Source of the DNA: Nitrospira sp. UBA6493
GTDB taxonomy: Bacteria; Nitrospirota; Nitrospiria; Nitrospirales; Nitrospiraceae
Direction of reading: 5' to 3'
Length of the DNA: 64,000 nt
Assembly: GCA_002435325.1 (NCBI GenBank)
Contig: DJMJ01000024.1
Coordinates: forward strand, 108,338 to 172,337
The first letter of the stretch is position 1, and each line of letters starts with the position of its first letter. This document shows positions 60,747-64,000 of this stretch, piece by piece. A model generated the notes under the pieces. That model had not been told where the DNA came from, did no database searches, and worked only from the letters and a program-made list of their open reading frames with translations. The position numbers and the translations under genes are program-made.

Positions 60747-62558
60747 TTAGGCAGGAACTGTCTGCGAAGTCGCTTGCAAGAGAATCTGGTCGATTTCCGG
60801 CGCATCGAGCACTTCTTTTTCAAGCAAGGCTTCGGCGAGCGCCTTGAGGCTTGTCATGTGTTCAGTCAACAGGCGTTTGGCGCGTTCATAGTTTTCCGTC
60901 ACCAGCCGGCTGACCTCATGATCGATCTCCAACGCAACCTGGTCGCTGAAATCACGCTTCGTCGCGATTTCACGTCCCAGGAAAATCTCTTCTTCCTTGC
61001 GGCCAAACGTCAGTGGACCCAACTTTTCACTCATGCCCCATTCACACACCATCTTGCGGGCCAAATCGGTGGCGCGCTCAAGATCGTTGCCGGCGCCGGT
61101 GGTGATATGATGCAGGACCAGCTCTTCCGCAACCCGTCCGCCCATCAGGATGGCCAGATTGTTATAGAGAAAGTCCTTGGAGTAATTGTGGCGGTCATCC
61201 GTCGGCAATTGCATCGTCACGCCCAAGGCGCGTCCGCGGGGAATAATCGTAACTTTATGAACCGGGTCCGTCCCTGGCAATAGCTTCGCCATCAGCGCAT
61301 GACCGGCCTCGTGATAGGCCGTCGTTCTCTTCTCCTCATCGGTGAGCACCAGGCTCTTCCGCTCGGCGCCCATCAAAACCTTATCCTTGGCCATTTCAAA
61401 GTCGATGACTTCGACTTCTTTCTTATTCAGACGGGCGGCCCACAAAGCCGCTTCATTCACCAGATTTTCCAAGTCGGCACCGGAAAATCCTGGCGTCCCT
61501 CGCGCAATTTTTTCCAGCTCGACATTCGACGCAACCGGCACTTTCTTCGTGTGCACCTTCAGAATCTCCGTGCGGCCCCTAAGGTCCGGTCGATTGACCA
61601 CCACTTGTCGGTCGAACCGGCCAGGACGCAGCAACGCGGGATCCAGCACGTCAGGCCGGTTGGTCGCCGCAATCAGGATGACACCTTCCGTTGTGTCGAA
61701 GCCGTCCATTTCGACCAGAAGCTGGTTCAGAGTCTGCTCACGCTCATCATGTCCGCCACCCAACCCGGCTCCGCGCAAACGTCCTACCGCGTCGATTTCG
61801 TCGATAAAGATGATGCAAGGTGCATGTTTCTTTCCCTGTTCGAAGAGGTCACGTACCCGTGATGCACCGACGCCCACAAACATTTCGACAAAGTCCGAGC
61901 CGCTGATGCTGAAGAAGGGAACACCCGCCTCTCCGGCGATGGCCTTGGCCAGCAAGGTCTTTCCTGTTCCGGGGGGGCCGACAATCAATACGCCTTTCGG
62001 AATCCGGCCGCCGAGTTTCTGGAACTTTCTGGGATCCTTCAGAAACTCGATGATCTCCAGCACTTCTTCCTTCGCCTCTTCAACCCCGGCGACGTCGGAA
62101 AACGTGACTTTTTTCCGTTCTTCCGTCAGCAAACGGGCGCGGCTCTTCCCGAACGACAGGGCCTTATTCCCTCCGACTTGCATCTGACGCATGAGGAAAA
62201 ACCAGAGTCCGAGGAACAGAATGAATGGCCCCCACGTCACCAGGAACGTAATGTACCAGGGGCTTTCATCCAGCGGCTTCACCTCGATCTGCACATCCTT
62301 CTCGCGCAGGACTTTGACAAGATCGGGATAATCAGGCGAGAATGTCCGGATTCTCGTCTTATCCTTCAGCACCGCGCTGATATGGCTCCCCTTGATAATG
62401 GCCCGCTCCACGTCGCCTTTATCAATCTTGGCCATGAAATCGCTGAATATCACATCTTCTTCAGGGGCATGCGTCGGGACACTGAACAGGTTGAACAGCA
62501 AAATCATGAACAACCCGACGACCACCCAAAAGAGCAGGTTCTTCACCCTGGAATTCAT
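60747..62558 (-). CDS. ftsH: ATP-dependent zinc metalloprotease FtsH
   Basis: Two TMs, [27 protein letters not shown]. Confidence 0.98.
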   Translation of the reverse strand: MNSRVKNLLFWVVVGLFMILLFNLFSVPTHAPEEDVIFSDFMAKIDKGDVERAIIKGSHISAVLKDKTRIRTFSPDYPDLVKVLREKDVQIEVKPLDESPWYITFLVTWGPFILFLGLWFFLMRQMQVGGNKALSFGKSRARLLTEERKKVTFSDVAGVEEAKEEVLEIIEFLKDPRKFQKLGGRIPKGVLIVGPPGTGKTLLAKAIAGEAGVPFFSISGSDFVEMFVGVGASRVRDLFEQGKKHAPCIIFIDEIDAVGRLRGAGLGGGHDEREQTLNQLLVEMDGFDTTEGVILIAATNRPDVLDPALLRPGRFDRQVVVNRPDLRGRTEILKVHTKKVPVASNVELEKIARGTPGFSGADLENLVNEAALWAARLNKKEVEVIDFEMAKDKVLMGAERKSLVLTDEEKRTTAYHEAGHALMAKLLPGTDPVHKVTIIPRGRALGVTMQLPTDDRHNYSKDFLYNNLAILMGGRVAEELVLHHITTGAGNDLERATDLARKMVCEWGMSEKLGPLTFGRKEEEIFLGREIATKRDFSDQVALEIDHEVSRLVTENYERAKRLLTEHMTSLKALAEALLEKEVLDAPEIDQILLQATSQTVPA

Positions 62559-62663
62559 CCAGATCTCCTTGTGGGAACGTTAAAAACGAGCGCAACTCAC
62601 AGTCTTACTTGTGAGGTGATGTTAACATAGGCCTGTCAAAACTGACAATATCGAGAGAAAAGC

Positions 62664-63203
62664 CTACGACTCTTCGTCCACCAGATCGAGTACGGCGAGA
62701 TAGGGCAGATTCCGGTACTTCTGCTGGTAGTCCAACCCGTACCCGACCACATATTGATTGGGAATTTTGAACCCTTCGTAGTCGATCTGCACCTCGACCT
62801 CCCTGCGTTCCGGCTTGCTCAGGAGCGTACAGACCTTAATCGACCGCGGCTTCTTCTTGGATAGGGTTTTCATAAGATACTGGACGGTCAGGCCGGAGTC
62901 GACAATATCCTCAACTAATAGCACATCCTTCCCTTTGATCTCCTCGGTCAACTCGGTGATGAGCTTCACCTTCCCCGATGTCTTCGCCTTCGATCCATAA
63001 CTAGTGACAATGATAAAATCCACCCTGATTGGAATGCGGATCGCCCGGGCTAAATCGGCATAAAAGGCGTAGGCCCCCTTGAGCACTCCCACAAGGACCA
63101 GATCCTTCCCTGCATAGTCGGCGCTGATCTGTTTCCCCAATTCACGAATACGGGCACGCATTTGTTCCTGAGTCACAACCGGGCGGCCAAACACACGTTC
63201 CAT
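62664..63203 (-). CDS. hpt: Hypoxanthine phosphoribosyltransferase
   Basis: GVLKGA, VEDIVDSGLT, VGYGLDY. Confidence 0.96.
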   Translation of the reverse strand: MERVFGRPVVTQEQMRARIRELGKQISADYAGKDLVLVGVLKGAYAFYADLARAIRIPIRVDFIIVTSYGSKAKTSGKVKLITELTEEIKGKDVLLVEDIVDSGLTVQYLMKTLSKKKPRSIKVCTLLSKPERREVEVQIDYEGFKIPNQYVVGYGLDYQQKYRNLPYLAVLDLVDEES

Positions 63204-63204
63204 C

Positions 63205-64000
63205 CTACAGCACTCCTTCTTTCAGCACCGACTCACCGATTCCAATGCTAATGACAAAACATTGCCGCGTCGAGGGTCCCGCCCTAAACCGTTCATCCTG
63301 CCGATAACCCAACACGCCAACAATCCCCGACTGTGATACAAGGAGGGGAATCAGGCCCCGCTTCGCCTTCGGCACTTTTAGATCGACGAAAAAATCCTGC
63401 ACCTTCTTCGAACGGCCCTTCATTCCAGCCGGCATGAATCGATCCCCCTGCTGCCACGCGCGAAGGATCAATGGGCCAGCCACACGATCGGCATCCACCA
63501 CCATTGACCAGCCCAGCGACTGTGGAAGCCGACTCACATGCTCCAACGACATCCTTTGTACCCGAATTTGCTGTCCTGTGCCAGCCCATTGAGTTTGCGC
63601 AGGAACGGCCAGGGAGATTTCACCCGCAACATCTGCCTCCTCCGCCTGCTTGGGCTCACTAGAACGCGGAGTCAGGCGCAGGTATTTTTCGGATACAGTC
63701 ACCACGACCGATTTCAACAATCGCGCGGCGGCTGATGGCTTGTTGGCAAATATCCCCCTCACCGCCTCAACCGCCACAGCGCTGGGGGCCCGATGAAAGG
63801 GATGGCACCGGCGCAAGATTTCCCGTACCAGCCTCCGCTGGATAGCCAAGGGCAGCGCCTGCAGCAGCCCACGTTCAACCAAATAGCCGCCCTGCCCGTC
63901 TTCTTGAAGCATGGACGGCGTCAACCCGACGACCTGTTCCTCAAGATATCGCTCGTCCTCACGGCAGAGATCGGCCATCCGACAGAGGGCACCGACCGCC
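63205..64000 (-). CDS. tilS: tRNA(Ile)-lysidine synthetase, C-terminal part (5' end outside the window)
   Basis: LRAWQQGDRFMPAGMKGRSKKVQDFFVDLKVP TilS-C motif; tilS-hpt-ftsH order. Confidence 0.9.
   Translation of the reverse strand, partial: AVGALCRMADLCREDERYLEEQVVGLTPSMLQEDGQGGYLVERGLLQALPLAIQRRLVREILRRCHPFHRAPSAVAVEAVRGIFANKPSAAARLLKSVVVTVSEKYLRLTPRSSEPKQAEEADVAGEISLAVPAQTQWAGTGQQIRVQRMSLEHVSRLPQSLGWSMVVDADRVAGPLILRAWQQGDRFMPAGMKGRSKKVQDFFVDLKVPKAKRGLIPLLVSQSGIVGVLGYRQDERFRAGPSTRQCFVISIGIGESVLKEGVL

Noticed and set aside
1-64000. CRISPR array, rRNA, prophage, reverse transcriptase/retron or DGR
   Set aside because: I saw no regularly spaced repeats, rRNA-like sequence, phage genes or RT motifs by eye; short or degenerate elements could have been missed.

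Overview
A 64-kb, GC-rich bacterial chromosome segment with most genes on the minus strand. Gene content and protein style suggest a Nitrospira-like organism (inference, not checked). Left to right: a partial aldose epimerase, a MoaD-like protein, a diheme cytochrome and a FAD/Fe-S 2-hydroxyacid dehydrogenase, divergent from a glyoxylate/glycerate reductase; a frameshifted TPR protein and a cold-shock protein; lptF-lptG-fabF-acp-lpxD; a Pil/Chp-type chemosensory cluster with a heme-c DUF3365-like gene, a His-less Hpt-like protein and an HD-GYP protein; a ~14.5-kb corrinoid uptake/salvage operon with two cobalamin riboswitches; SemiSWEET, rpmB and tRNA-Gly(CCC); a 5.3-kb accessory locus; then housekeeping genes (tyrS, comEA, lpdA, gcvH, ndk, mtnA, comEC, glmM, folP, ftsH, hpt, tilS). 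The accessory locus (43.2-48.6 kb) is the best candidate for an undescribed system. It holds a caspase-family/DUF4384 protease with repeated TR[GSA] motifs, joined head-to-head to a beta-trefoil/helical/Cys-rich-repeat gene. Both genes appear to lack their 5' ends, and the second is split by a clean IS256 insertion. Other lesions not shown in the ORF track are in-frame TAG stops in comEC and in an uncalled lipoprotein gene, and a 1-nt frameshift in the TPR gene. All family assignments come from motif recognition by eye; no searches were run.
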